From NCBI GenBank assembly GCA_034670305.1, contig JAXMNT010000029.1, forward strand, positions 31,116 to 95,115: a stretch of 64,000 bases of DNA, read 5' to 3'. Positions 1 to 9,811 of this stretch are shown in pieces; the first letter of the stretch is position 1; each line of letters starts with the position of its first letter. The notes beneath the pieces are model-generated. The model worked only from the letters and a program-made list of their open reading frames with translations. It had not been told where the DNA came from and did no database searches. Made by a program: the position numbers and the translations under genes. Origin of the DNA: Deltaproteobacteria bacterium (GTDB lineage Bacteria > Myxococcota_A > Polyangia > Polyangiales > Houyiibacteriaceae).

Positions 1-2824
1 TCAGGACGACATCGCCCGGGCCGGCCTCGGTGACCCACTTGCGGCGCTCCTCGGTCGAGGAACCCGCTTCGAGGCGGCGCACCTTGAGGGTGCCAGCGAA
101 CTTCTTGGACTGTTCCGCCCAGCCGGACACGACACTGGTCGGCGCGACGACGAGCGCCGGGCCCGACGACGCGCGCGCGAGGAGCAGCGCGAGGGTTTGC
201 ACGGTCTTGCCGAGACCCATGTCGTCCGCGAGGCACGCGCCGAAGCCGAGTTCGGTGAGCCGGTGAAGCCAGACGAACCCTTCGTCCTGGTAGGTCCGCA
301 GCTCGGCGGTCAGCTCTTCGGGGAGCGTCGGCCGGGTGTTCATCACGTGCAGCATGCGCTCGCGTCGTTCGGCGGCGCGGCCGAGCAGTTCCGGTTCGAG
401 CACACTGCGCTCGAGCGAGAGCAGCAGCGATGGGTGGAGCTTGCCCTCCACCCGATGCGCTTCGATCCGCGTCAGTTCTTCGCGGAGCTGATCGCTCAGC
501 CGGACCAGTCGGCCGTCGTCGAGCGTGATGTACCCGCGGCCATCGCGGGCCGCTTCGAGCAGTTCGCCGAGCGCGACCACGTGGTCCTCGTCGACCTGGA
601 CCTCGCCCTTGATTTCCAGCCAGCCGCCGGCGCCCATCGCGATGCTCGCGCGCACCCCGAGCACGCCGACTTCGCCGGCGACGCGCAGCGGACGATCCTG
701 GCGCCAGTCGACGGCCACCCCGGCTTCGGTGAGTTGCGCGAGCAGCTCGAGTGCCTGTTCGAGGTTCTCGGTCTGGCCGCGGGCGTCGCCCTTCATGGAG
801 AGGCACTGGTCGAGCAGCGCGGCTGCCAACGCCGTCTCTTGGTCGAGGGCACGGCGCACCGCGCGCGGGCCACTCGGCTCCGCGATCATCCAGGAGGTGG
901 AGCCTTCGCCGGGATCGGCGACCGGGCCACCGGGTCCGAAGGGCGAGACGACCATCTCCCACGCGACGCCGGTCTTGCAGCGGCGCAAGCGGACCCGCGG
1001 GGCGGGGTCGCCATCGACTTCGCCGGGGAGCGCGGTGTCCGCGCGCAGGTCGACCGCGCCGACCAAGTTCACGGCGGTGTCGACGAGATCGCGTTCGGCT
1101 TCTTCGGGCACGCTGCGCATGCGGCTGGCCAAGCTGGCGAGGCGCGCGTGGGCGGCATCGAAGGTGGTGACGACGAAGTGATCGCCTTCGTCTTGCACAC
1201 CGGGTTCGGTCGGCTCGAGGGTGAGCGAGAGGCCTTCGTCGGTGCGGCGGATGCGGAGCGCGATCCGTCCACGACGGACCGGCATCGGGCGGGACGGATC
1301 ATCTCGCGAGACAACTCGGGGATGTCCGATCAGCACATCGAGCACGGCCGGGTCGAACTTTGCGGCGTCCTGATCGCCGAGCGCGATGTGGTCGACGATG
1401 GCTCGATCCTCGGGGCCGGCTTTGTCGGCCAACCGATCGCTGGCCATCGCGCGGCCGCGGGTCCACGCGCCGTCGCGGCTGCGGGTCTGCAAGCGCGGAC
1501 GAAGGGAGAAGCCGGGCGCTTCCCGTTCGGTGCGGAGTTCGTAGACGACGCGCTCTTCGACCGTCTCGGTTTCGAGGGACACCGCGAGCGCGCCGAGTTC
1601 GGCGAGCGAGGTGCGCCAGGAAGCGGGCGGACGGAGAATCGACGCCCATCGACCGACGGCTTCGTCGTGCTCCGCGTCGCGAATGATCGCGCGGGCGGCC
1701 GCACACTCTGCCGCCACGCCGAGCCAGCGCGCTTCGGTGGCGCGTTCTTCACACCGACGCAGGGTCGGTTCGAGGTCGGTCTCCCAGACGTCTCCGCGCC
1801 ACACCCGGACCAGCGCGCCCGCGAGGGCGGCCCATCCCGGTTCGGTGACGAGCGGAGAGAGCGGCACGTCTTCGCCGAGACACGCCCGCATCGAGCCAAG
1901 CTCTTCCGGGAAGGCGGAGCCGGCCTGGACCGAAAAGACGCCACGGGCGTCCTCTTCTCGTTCGGCCGCGATCAGAAGCGCGAGGTGCAGCAGACCGTGG
2001 ATGTCCGGCAGCACCGCGCGGCCGCCACTCATCTCACGGACAGCGGCGCTGTAGGCGGTGTCGAAGTTGTCGAGCGCCGCGTCGCGTCCGGCGTGAACCT
2101 GGATCGAACCGCGCAGGGCCATCAGGTCGACGGTGCGCGGGGCGGCCAATCGGAGGGCGGTCTCGTGGCGGCCTTCCACCCACGCGTGGAGCGCGAGGCC
2201 GAGGCGCACGTCGTCCCAGTCCTCGAGCTCTGCGCCTGCTTCGAGGGCGTCGTCGTCGCGGCGCCAATCGTCGAATGCTTCGACGAGCAGAACGCCGACC
2301 GCCCATGCGCGCGAGTCCGCGGGGAGCGTGTCGACGCTGCGGCCATCGAGATCGAACAACGAACGCAGGCGGAAGGTGGACTCTTCGGAGCGCAAGCTGG
2401 CGCGCAGGCGGCGCGCCTCGCGGCGGCGTCCGAGCAAGAGCGCGGCGCGGAGGTGGGCCCGGGCGGACCGCACGTTGTCGGCAGGTTCCCCGAGCGCCTT
2501 CTTCAGCACCGCCGCGCGGGCTTCGAAGTCACCGTCCTCCACGAGCGTGTCGGTGCAGGCTCGGAGGAGGTTCGCTTCGAGTGCGACGTCGCGCCCGTCG
2601 CGGGTCAGCGCGCGTGCGGCCTCGAGCTGTTCCACGATCCGCTTGGCGCGGTCCGCGTTCAGCAGGCTTCCACTGCGGGCACGCACACCGGCGGCCGAGA
2701 GCGCGTCGCCGAGCACGGACAGCGGCACCGGCACACCGATGACTGCGAGCAGCTCGCACACCGAGCGTTGGTCAGGCGAGAGCGCCCGCGTCACGATGGG
2801 CGCGGACTGAAGTTGGTCGCTCAA
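1..2824 (-). CDS. SNF2/SWI2-family helicase/ATPase, 3' part runs off the window edge
   Basis: Not in the ORF track. Minus-strand translation near 190-310 gives ELRTYQDEGFVWL and GACLADDMGLGKTVQTL (SNF2 Q-motif and motif I). An in-frame TTG at 2824 overlaps the cysN stop (TTGA). The + ORF 197..3019 is its in-register antisense shadow. Start is inferred. Confidence 0.85.
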   Translation of the reverse strand, partial: MSDQLQSAPIVTRALSPDQRSVCELLAVIGVPVPLSVLGDALSAAGVRARSGSLLNADRAKRIVEQLEAARALTRDGRDVALEANLLRACTDTLVEDGDFEARAAVLKKALGEPADNVRSARAHLRAALLLGRRREARRLRASLRSEESTFRLRSLFDLDGRSVDTLPADSRAWAVGVLLVEAFDDWRRDDDALEAGAELEDWDDVRLGLALHAWVEGRHETALRLAAPRTVDLMALRGSIQVHAGRDAALDNFDTAYSAAVREMSGGRAVLPDIHGLLHLALLIAAEREEDARGVFSVQAGSAFPEELGSMRACLGEDVPLSPLVTEPGWAALAGALVRVWRGDVWETDLEPTLRRCEERATEARWLGVAAECAAARAIIRDAEHDEAVGRWASILRPPASWRTSLAELGALAVSLETETVEERVVYELRTEREAPGFSLRPRLQTRSRDGAWTRGRAMASDRLADKAGPEDRAIVDHIALGDQDAAKFDPAVLDVLIGHPRVVSRDDPSRPMPVRRGRIALRIRRTDEGLSLTLEPTEPGVQDEGDHFVVTTFDAAHARLASLASRMRSVPEEAERDLVDTAVNLVGAVDLRADTALPGEVDGDPAPRVRLRRCKTGVAWEMVVSPFGPGGPVADPGEGSTSWMIAEPSGPRAVRRALDQETALAAALLDQCLSMKGDARGQTENLEQALELLAQLTEAGVAVDWRQDRPLRVAGEVGVLGVRASIAMGAGGWLEIKGEVQVDEDHVVALGELLEAARDGRGYITLDDGRLVRLSDQLREELTRIEAHRVEGKLHPSLLLSLERSVLEPELLGRAAERRERMLHVMNTRPTLPEELTAELRTYQDEGFVWLHRLTELGFGACLADDMGLGKTVQTLALLLARASSGPALVVAPTSVVSGWAEQSKKFAGTLKVRRLEAGSSTEERRKWVTEAGPGDVVL

Positions 2825-4710
2825 GAACGCCGCCCCTGTCCGTGCGCGAGTTCCAGCTGTCCGCGCTCCTCGAGGAGCTCCACGACCGAGTCGGCGGCCT
2901 TGTCGATGCGTACTCGGTGCAGTGCCAAGGTCAGTTCCGGATGGTGCGGGGGTTCGAATCCGTCGAAGTCGGCGTCGGGCCGGCGTTCGCGACAGAGTTC
3001 GGGGTCGGTGTTCACGTAGATCTCGAAGAGGCGGTCTTCCGCGATGCGGGCGCGGAGCTGGTCGCGCTCCTGTACGGAGCGGCTCGGGAATGCGCAGATG
3101 CACACGAGTCCCGCTTCGCTGCAGGCTTTGGCCGCGGAGATCATGGAGCGAAGGTCTTCGCCCGTGGGATCGAGGACCGTGGCGGTGCGGCCGAGGTCGA
3201 AGAGCCGGCGCTCGAGCGCATAGGCCAGGCTCCATCGGCCGGAGCCGGGAAGTCCCACGAGCCACACGACCGCGCCGCGCTGCCCAGTCCGGTCGAGGCG
3301 CTCGGTCGGGCTGACCTGCGTCTTCGGGGTGAGCCCCGAGCCAGCGCGAAGTTCACGGAGCGCGGAGTCGAGGTCCTGGGCGTCCGCGCCCGAACGACCG
3401 ATCATGCCGGCGGCGACCGTGTCGTTGGTCAACGAGTCGACGAGAATGAACGCGCCGGTCGTCGGATTCTGCGCGTAGGCATCGTAGAACAACGCCCGGT
3501 GGGCGCTGAGCCGCACGAGGCCGATGTCGTTCAGCCCGAGTCGGTCCGTGTCGACCTCTTCGAGCGTGTCCATGTCCTTGCGCCAATGCACAGCGTCGAC
3601 CTGCACCCGGACGGACTGCGTCGTGTGCTTGAGCAGGTAGGTCTTCTGCGGGTCGAGTTCCGTCTCCGCCATCCAGACGACGTGTGCGTCGAACGCACGG
3701 CCGACGCGCGGCAGGTCTTTGGGCGAGACGATCATGTCGCCGCGGCTGCAATCGATCTCGTCCGCCAGGCGGATGCACACGGACTGAGGCGCGAACGCTT
3801 CCTTGAGTGGCCCGTCGAAGGTGTCGATCGAGCGGACCGTGCTCCTCTTGCCACTCGGCAAGACCATGATCTCGTCGCCTTTGCGCACGGCGCCGCTCGC
3901 GACCTGGCCGGCGAAGCCGCGGTAGTCGAGGTTGGGGCGCACGACGTACTGCACCGGGAACCGGAAGTGATCGAGGTTGCGGTCTCCGGCGATCGGGACG
4001 GTCTCCAAGTACTCGAGGACCGAAGGGCCGTCGTACCAGGGGGTCTCGTCCGAGGGGCCGACGATGTTCGCGCCCTTGAGTGCGCTGATCGGGAAGAACG
4101 TCACGTCGTCGATGCCGCCGCCGGCATCGCGCAGGCCCTGCATGAACGCGCGGAAGTTCTCGCGGATGCGTTCGAACACACCCTGGTCGTACCCGACGAG
4201 GTCCATCTTGTTCACGCAGACCGCGAGGTGCTTCAGTCCGAGCAGCGAGGCGATGTAGCCATGCCTGCGGCTCTGCTGGAGCACGCCGAGACGCGCGTCG
4301 ATCAAGATGAGCGCGACGTTCGCGGTCGACGCGCCGGTCACCATGTTGCGGGTGTACTGAACGTGTCCCGGGGTGTCGGCGATGATGAACTTGCGCTTGT
4401 CGGTCGAGAAGTACCGGTACGCGACGTCGATGGTGATGCCCTGCTCGCGTTCGGCGCGCAGACCATCGGTGAAGAGCGAGAAGTCGATCTCTTCGCCCTC
4501 GATGCTGGAGGCGCGCTTCACGGCTTCGAGCTGGTCTTCGTAGACCATGCCGGTGTCGTGCAGCAGCCGACCGATCAACGTGGACTTGCCGTCGTCGACG
4601 CTGCCGACTGCGACGAAGCGCAGCAGCTCTTTGTGCTGGTAGCGGTCGAGGTAGGCGCCGACGTCCTTGCGAAGGAGCGCGTCGTCTTCTTGGGTGAACG
4701 AGGTGCCCAT
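2821..4710 (-). CDS. cysN: Sulfate adenylyltransferase subunit 1 (CysN GTPase) fused to a degenerate APS-kinase-like (CysC) domain
   Basis: GSVDDGKSTLIGRLL, DGLRAEREQGITIDVAYRYF, DTPGH, NKMD, RFPVQYV, TGAFILVD motifs; C-terminal VVWLVGLPGSG CysC-like domain. Confidence 0.97.
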   Translation of the reverse strand: MGTSFTQEDDALLRKDVGAYLDRYQHKELLRFVAVGSVDDGKSTLIGRLLHDTGMVYEDQLEAVKRASSIEGEEIDFSLFTDGLRAEREQGITIDVAYRYFSTDKRKFIIADTPGHVQYTRNMVTGASTANVALILIDARLGVLQQSRRHGYIASLLGLKHLAVCVNKMDLVGYDQGVFERIRENFRAFMQGLRDAGGGIDDVTFFPISALKGANIVGPSDETPWYDGPSVLEYLETVPIAGDRNLDHFRFPVQYVVRPNLDYRGFAGQVASGAVRKGDEIMVLPSGKRSTVRSIDTFDGPLKEAFAPQSVCIRLADEIDCSRGDMIVSPKDLPRVGRAFDAHVVWMAETELDPQKTYLLKHTTQSVRVQVDAVHWRKDMDTLEEVDTDRLGLNDIGLVRLSAHRALFYDAYAQNPTTGAFILVDSLTNDTVAAGMIGRSGADAQDLDSALRELRAGSGLTPKTQVSPTERLDRTGQRGAVVWLVGLPGSGRWSLAYALERRLFDLGRTATVLDPTGEDLRSMISAAKACSEAGLVCICAFPSRSVQERDQLRARIAEDRLFEIYVNTDPELCRERRPDADFDGFEPPHHPELTLALHRVRIDKAADSVVELLEERGQLELAHGQGRRS

Positions 4711-5651
4711 CAGAAGTATCCCTCGCGCTTCTTGCGCTCCATCGAGCCGTCTTCGTCGAAGTCGATGAGCCGACCCTGCCGTTCGGAGAACGTCGTCATC
4801 AGCATCTCTTGGATGACGCCTTCGACTGTGTCGGCTTCAGACTCCACCGCGCCGGAGAGCGGGTAGCAACCGAGGGTCCGGAACCGGACCGATTTCATTT
4901 GCGGCTTCTCGCCGTCCTTCAGCCGCATCCGGTCGTCGTCGACCATGATGAGCGAACCTTCGCGCTCCACCACCGGGCGCTTCTTGGCCAAGTACAGCGG
5001 CACGATCGGAATCTCTTCGCGAAGGATGTAGAGCCACACGTCGAGCTCGGTCCAGTTGCTCAACGGGAACACCCGGACGTTCTCGCCCTTCGTGATGTTG
5101 CTGTTGAACAAGGTCCAGAGCTCGGGGCGCTGGTTCTTCGGATCCCACTGATGGAACCGATCCCGGAACGAGTAGATGCGCTCCTTGGCGCGTGAACGTT
5201 CTTCGTCGCGGCGGGCGCCGCCGAACGCGCAGTCGAAGCCGTGTTTGTCGAGCGCCTGCTTGAGCCCGACGGTCTTCATGATCGTCGTGTACTTGTTCGA
5301 TCCGTGGTCGAACGGGTTCACGTTCTGCGCTTTGCCCTCCTGGTTGGTGTGAACAATCAGGTCCAGGCCATGTTTGCGCGCGGTGTGATCCCGGAAGGTG
5401 ATCATCTCCCGGAACTTCCAGGTCGTGTCGACATGCAACAACGGAAACGGCAGCGGGCCGGGCGCGAACGCCTTCAGGGCCAGCCGGAGCATCACCGAAG
5501 AGTCCTTCCCGATGCTGTACATCATCACCGGGTTGTCGAACTCCGCGGCGGCTTCGCGAAGAATGTGGATGCTTTCCGCCTCGAGTTGCTCGAGGTGGGT
5601 GAGTCGTCGTTGAAGTTCCGTCATCGGGAGGGCCGACGTACGTAGCCTCAT
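4710..5651 (-). CDS. cysD: Sulfate adenylyltransferase subunit 2
   Basis: [49 protein letters not shown]. Stop overlaps the cysN start (TGATG). Alternative start at 5624. Confidence 0.97.
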   Translation of the reverse strand: MRLRTSALPMTELQRRLTHLEQLEAESIHILREAAAEFDNPVMMYSIGKDSSVMLRLALKAFAPGPLPFPLLHVDTTWKFREMITFRDHTARKHGLDLIVHTNQEGKAQNVNPFDHGSNKYTTIMKTVGLKQALDKHGFDCAFGGARRDEERSRAKERIYSFRDRFHQWDPKNQRPELWTLFNSNITKGENVRVFPLSNWTELDVWLYILREEIPIVPLYLAKKRPVVEREGSLIMVDDDRMRLKDGEKPQMKSVRFRTLGCYPLSGAVESEADTVEGVIQEMLMTTFSERQGRLIDFDEDGSMERKKREGYF

Positions 5652-5687
5652 GCCCGGTCCCCGGCAAGTGGGCGGGGCCGGAGTCGC

Positions 5688-7574
5688 TCAGTCGCCCGCG
5701 CCCACAGGCGGATCGTGCTCGGGGCCTGGCTCTGGGTCGGCCACCACAGGCAGCGAGAACCCGAAGGTCGCCCCGGCGCCTGGCGAGCGCGCCCAGACCT
5801 CGCCTCCGTGCCGCTCGACGATCTTCCGGACGATCGCCAGTCCGATGCCGGTGCCCTCGAACTCGGTGAGGTCGTGCAGCCGCTGGAAGGGCTGGAAGAG
5901 CTTGCCGGCGTATGCTTCTTCGAAGCCGGCGCCGGAGTCGCGGACCTCGTACCGCAGCATGTCGCCTTCGCTCCATCCCCGGACGTGAACGACGGGATCC
6001 TCGGCCTGCGCGCTGTACTTCACCGCGTTGCCCACGAGGTTCGCCCAGACCGTGGCCAGCAAGGTGTAGTCGCCCTGTGCCGATGGCAGGGGCTCTTCGA
6101 CGTTCAGGCGCGTGTCGACCCCCTCGGTGGTGGCCAGGTTGAACGCCTCCCGGACGAGGCCGCCCATCTCGATCGGTCGCCTGCGGATGGCGTCGCGCCC
6201 TGCACGCGCGAGCGCCAAGAGGCCGTTGATGAGTTCGCCCATCCGCTGCGCGCCGCCGACGGCCTTCTCCAGGAGGAGGACCGCGCGGGGGTCCAGGTCC
6301 TTGCCGTAGCGCTCGAGCGCCAGGGTGGAGTAGCCCTGCACCGCGCGCAGAGGGGCCCGAAGATCGTGCGAGACCGAGTAGCTGAACTGACGGAGCTCCT
6401 CGTTGACGAGTTCCAGCGCAGCGGTGCGTTCCTCCAGCGCGGCGCTGGTGGCTTCCAGGGTCTTGCGAGCCTCCGCGCGCTCGGTCACGTCTCGGGCCAC
6501 GATCGCGACGCCGCGTTTGCGGTCGAAGTCGAGCGGCGAGAACCCGAAGCTCAGGATGCGGTCCACCACCCGTGCGTCCTCGAGGGTGGTGCGGACGCCA
6601 CTCTGCGCGATGTCGAGCGCGCCGCCGATCGTGAGCGCCGCGGGGGCGGCGAAGAGGGAGGGGAAGGGCCGACCGACGGCTTCTTCCTCCGAGTGGTCGA
6701 ACAGCCGCTCGGCACCGCGGCTCCAGCTGGTCACGAGTCCCGCCGCGTCGACCGATGCGATCCCGTCGTCGGTCGCATCCACCACCGCCGCCACGAGGCG
6801 ACGGGCTTCGTTGGCCTGGGTCTCGGCGGTCACGTCGCGAATGCAGCTGACGAGTCCAGCGGGGCGACCGTTGTCGTCGCGGACCATCGACGTGGACTGG
6901 GCGACTCGAATGCTCGTTCCGTCCTTGCAGGTGTGAATGGCTTCCCCGAACCACTCGCCGCCCATCTCCACGCTCTCCCGGGTGGGCGCATCGCCCGGTC
7001 GCACCGGGGTGGCCTTCAGCACCTCGGACAGGGGCAGTCCGAGGACCTCCACGGCCATCCACCCATAGAGCCGTTCGGCCGCTGGGTTGAAAGTCTCGAT
7101 GACGCCGGTCTCGTTGGTCACGATGATCGCATCGGAGACCTGGCTGACGATGGCGGCATGCCGGCGGAGCGAGGACTCCGCGCTGCGCATGTCTCGGATG
7201 TCGCGCCACACCAGGCGCGTGGAGACGATGTGGCCTTTCGCATCTCGGACCGCGGTCGCGTTGAGCAGCACGGGGATCGGCGGTCCAGAGCCTTTGACCT
7301 TCAGGTCGAGTTCGGCGTTCCGGACCATGCCGCGCGCTCGAAACATCGCGGACAAGTTCTTGGCTTGTGGATGCGTGCTCGGTGGGTACCGCTCGAGCAC
7401 CGATTGTCCGACTACTTCTTCGCGTCGGAACCCTGTGACCCGCAGAAGCGTGCGGTTGCACCGAGTGACGATGCCCGCGGCGTCGACGCTCGCGTACATG
7501 TCCGGTGCGTTCTCATACAGGTCTTCGTAGTCTCGCTCCCCGGCGGGAGCCTTCGCGGCCGATCCCTCACCCAT
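5688..7574 (-). CDS. Cytoplasmic multi-PAS (3x) sensor histidine kinase
   Basis: Three PAS-like repeats, H-box SVSHDLRAPL, NLVGNAVKY, DSGAG, FQPFQRLH, GTGIGLA. Start moved to ATG 7574 (G-rich SD-like stretch upstream; avoids overlap with the upstream gene). Confidence 0.92.
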   Translation of the reverse strand: MGEGSAAKAPAGERDYEDLYENAPDMYASVDAAGIVTRCNRTLLRVTGFRREEVVGQSVLERYPPSTHPQAKNLSAMFRARGMVRNAELDLKVKGSGPPIPVLLNATAVRDAKGHIVSTRLVWRDIRDMRSAESSLRRHAAIVSQVSDAIIVTNETGVIETFNPAAERLYGWMAVEVLGLPLSEVLKATPVRPGDAPTRESVEMGGEWFGEAIHTCKDGTSIRVAQSTSMVRDDNGRPAGLVSCIRDVTAETQANEARRLVAAVVDATDDGIASVDAAGLVTSWSRGAERLFDHSEEEAVGRPFPSLFAAPAALTIGGALDIAQSGVRTTLEDARVVDRILSFGFSPLDFDRKRGVAIVARDVTERAEARKTLEATSAALEERTAALELVNEELRQFSYSVSHDLRAPLRAVQGYSTLALERYGKDLDPRAVLLLEKAVGGAQRMGELINGLLALARAGRDAIRRRPIEMGGLVREAFNLATTEGVDTRLNVEEPLPSAQGDYTLLATVWANLVGNAVKYSAQAEDPVVHVRGWSEGDMLRYEVRDSGAGFEEAYAGKLFQPFQRLHDLTEFEGTGIGLAIVRKIVERHGGEVWARSPGAGATFGFSLPVVADPEPGPEHDPPVGAGD

Positions 7575-7611
7575 CGCTTCCCCCCACCCAACCAGTGCTG
7601 CGAACTCGAAC

Positions 7612-9588
7612 TCAGGCGACCCTGCGGTCCCTCGCCCGCAGAGCGTGCAACACCCCAGAGAGGATGTCTTTGGGCGTGACGGGTTTTTGTACGAACATCG
7701 CCATCTCCCGCTCGAGCGTTTCTGCGATCGGCCCGGTCGGGCGGAACCGCGAAGTGACGACGAACCCCGCGTTGGGACACACCCGCTTGAGTTCCCGGCT
7801 GAGCTGAAGTCCATTGGCGCCGGGCAGCACGACGTCGGTCACGATGACGTCGATCTTCTCGCGGTGTTCGGTCGCGAGCGCACGTGCTTCGTCGGCGGTC
7901 TTCGCGACGAGCACCCGCAACCGACAGTGTTCGAGCGCGCCGAGCGTGATCTCGCGGGCCAACTCGTCCCCGTCGATGATGAGCACGGTCTCTCCCGAGG
8001 GCACCCGCGCAGCGACGATCCCAGACTCTGCCGGCCTGTCGGACCGGCGGGCCACTGGAAGGATCACCCGGAACGTGGAACCCACCTTGGGTTTGGACAC
8101 GATCGACACATAGCCCCCGCTCTGTTTCACGATGCCGTACACCGTGGCGAGGCCCATGCCGGACGCGTCCTTTTTCGTGGAGAAGAACGGGTCGAACACG
8201 CGCGGCAGAATGTCGGCGCGGATCCCGCTGCCGGTGTCGGTCACACTCAGCACGGTGTATTCGCCCGGTGCGATCGTGAACCCGCCGGGATCCACATAGG
8301 CCTCCCGGACCTGCAAATGATCGGTGCCGATCACGATGCGCCCGCCGTAGGGCATCGCGTCGCGTGCGTTCACCAGAAGGTTCATCAGGATCTGCTCGAG
8401 CTGCGTGCGGTCCAGGTGCACGTCGTGCACCAGGGCATTCAGTTCGTGCGCGAGCTCCACGTTCTCCCCGAGCACGCTGCTGAGCAGTCGTTGCGTCTCC
8501 TGCACGACGTCGTTGAGGTCGATGCGTTCCAGCGTTTGTGGTTGGCGCCGGGAGAACGCCATCAGCTGCTGAATCATCGACCGGCCACGGCCCACGGCCT
8601 CAAGGGTCGCGGCGGCGTCGGTCTGGACGTTCTCGTCTTCCACCGCGCTGTGGATGCGGCCGGCGTACGTGCCGATGAGCGACAAGATGTTGCTGAAGTC
8701 GTTGGCCATGCCGCTGATGAGTTGGCCGATCGCCTCCATGCGCTGAGAAGCGTGCAAGGCCCGCTCGAGGTGTCGTTGCTGGGTGACGTCCACCATCGTG
8801 ACCACCACCCGCGCGAGGTCCTCGACCTCGGAGGGCAGCCGCGCCGAGATGGTGAGGTTCGCGCTGCCCTCTGCGGTCATCATCGTCTCGGTGAACTGGA
8901 CTTGGCGCTCGCCTACCATGAAATCGCAGAGCAACCGGGTCCAGATGCGGCGCAGCTGCATGCTGCGAGAGCTTCCGCGCACCATGCCGCGTGCCGCGTC
9001 GTTGGTGTGCACGGTGACCACTCTGCCGGCCGCAGACGCGATCGCTTCCTCCACCCGAACCCCTGCGCTGCGGTCTCGGCACAGCGCCGTCCACGCACCG
9101 CGGGCGTCGATTTCCCACACCCCGACGCTGAGACTCTCGAGGATCTGGCGGTTCCGTTCGGCTTCTTGAGCGAAGGCTGCCTCCGCTTCCCGCACGCGCT
9201 CCCGCCCAGCCTTTTCGCGCAGCGCGCGTCGGACCGCGTCGCACAACCGGCCGGTTCGGTTCTTGTCCACGAAGTCGCTGACGCCCGCGCGGATGGCTTC
9301 GACCGCCCGCTCTTCGCCGATGTGCCCGCTCACCAGAATGAAGGGGACCTCTTGGCCCAGCTCCTCGAGGATCTGAAAGGCCTTCAGACCGTCGAACCGC
9401 GGCATCGAGTAGTCGCTCAGGATCACGTCCCACGGCTGGCGGAGCGCCTGGCGGTAGTCGGTTTCCGTGCAGACCTGGAGGCGGCCGTCGATTCGAAACT
9501 CGGCCTGCAGGCACTGCAGCAGGAGGTCGGCGTCGATGGCCGAATCCTCGACCATCAAGACCCTGAGCGATGTTTGACTCGACTTCAC
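7612..9588 (-). CDS. Hybrid REC-(PAS-like)-HisKA-HATPase-REC protein; phosphoacceptor His replaced by Asn
   Basis: N-terminal REC (VEDS, SDYSMP), H-box GQLISGMANDFSNIL, NLLVNARDAM, DTGSGI, FDPFFSTK, GMGLA, C-terminal REC (TDVVLP, QKP). GTG at 9588 preceded by GGAG. Confidence 0.9.
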   Translation of the reverse strand: MKSSQTSLRVLMVEDSAIDADLLLQCLQAEFRIDGRLQVCTETDYRQALRQPWDVILSDYSMPRFDGLKAFQILEELGQEVPFILVSGHIGEERAVEAIRAGVSDFVDKNRTGRLCDAVRRALREKAGRERVREAEAAFAQEAERNRQILESLSVGVWEIDARGAWTALCRDRSAGVRVEEAIASAAGRVVTVHTNDAARGMVRGSSRSMQLRRIWTRLLCDFMVGERQVQFTETMMTAEGSANLTISARLPSEVEDLARVVVTMVDVTQQRHLERALHASQRMEAIGQLISGMANDFSNILSLIGTYAGRIHSAVEDENVQTDAAATLEAVGRGRSMIQQLMAFSRRQPQTLERIDLNDVVQETQRLLSSVLGENVELAHELNALVHDVHLDRTQLEQILMNLLVNARDAMPYGGRIVIGTDHLQVREAYVDPGGFTIAPGEYTVLSVTDTGSGIRADILPRVFDPFFSTKKDASGMGLATVYGIVKQSGGYVSIVSKPKVGSTFRVILPVARRSDRPAESGIVAARVPSGETVLIIDGDELAREITLGALEHCRLRVLVAKTADEARALATEHREKIDVIVTDVVLPGANGLQLSRELKRVCPNAGFVVTSRFRPTGPIAETLEREMAMFVQKPVTPKDILSGVLHALRARDRRVA

Positions 9589-9647
9589 CTGTATTCTCCG
9601 TCCCCCCAAAGGCAGGTCCAATAGACCACCGGTTGCACTGTGAGCGG

Positions 9648-9676
9648 ATTATAGCGTCATTTGTGTAATATGCAGC
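9648..9676 (-). promoter_or_regulatory. Putative sigma70-type promoter for the hybrid kinase gene
   Basis: Perfect TATAAT on the minus strand (9653-9648) in an AT-richer divergent intergenic region, about 60 nt upstream of the GTG; only a weak -35. Confidence 0.4.
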
Positions 9677-9811
9677 CCAAGGACTGGCGATTCTGGATCT
9701 TTTTTTCACTGACCTCGGAATGTCGACCCTGGGACTGGAATCCATGCGCCCCCGTTTGGGGACACCCACCCGCCGTGAACGCGAACGGCCCAGTTCGCCT
9801 ATGATGGAACG

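Noticed and set aside
197-3019. 940-aa + strand ORF and similar long ORFs (2842..4866, 5715..7679, 7645..9624, 17852..20176, 44299..47583, 49883..52303, 58322..60298 etc.)
   Set aside because: In-register antisense shadows of recognisable genes; high-GC codon bias suppresses stops; no motifs.
9639-9649. TGTGAGCGGAT match to the lac operator half-site
   Set aside because: Only 11 bp, no second half-site and no vector context; better explained as flanking the TATAAT on the other strand.
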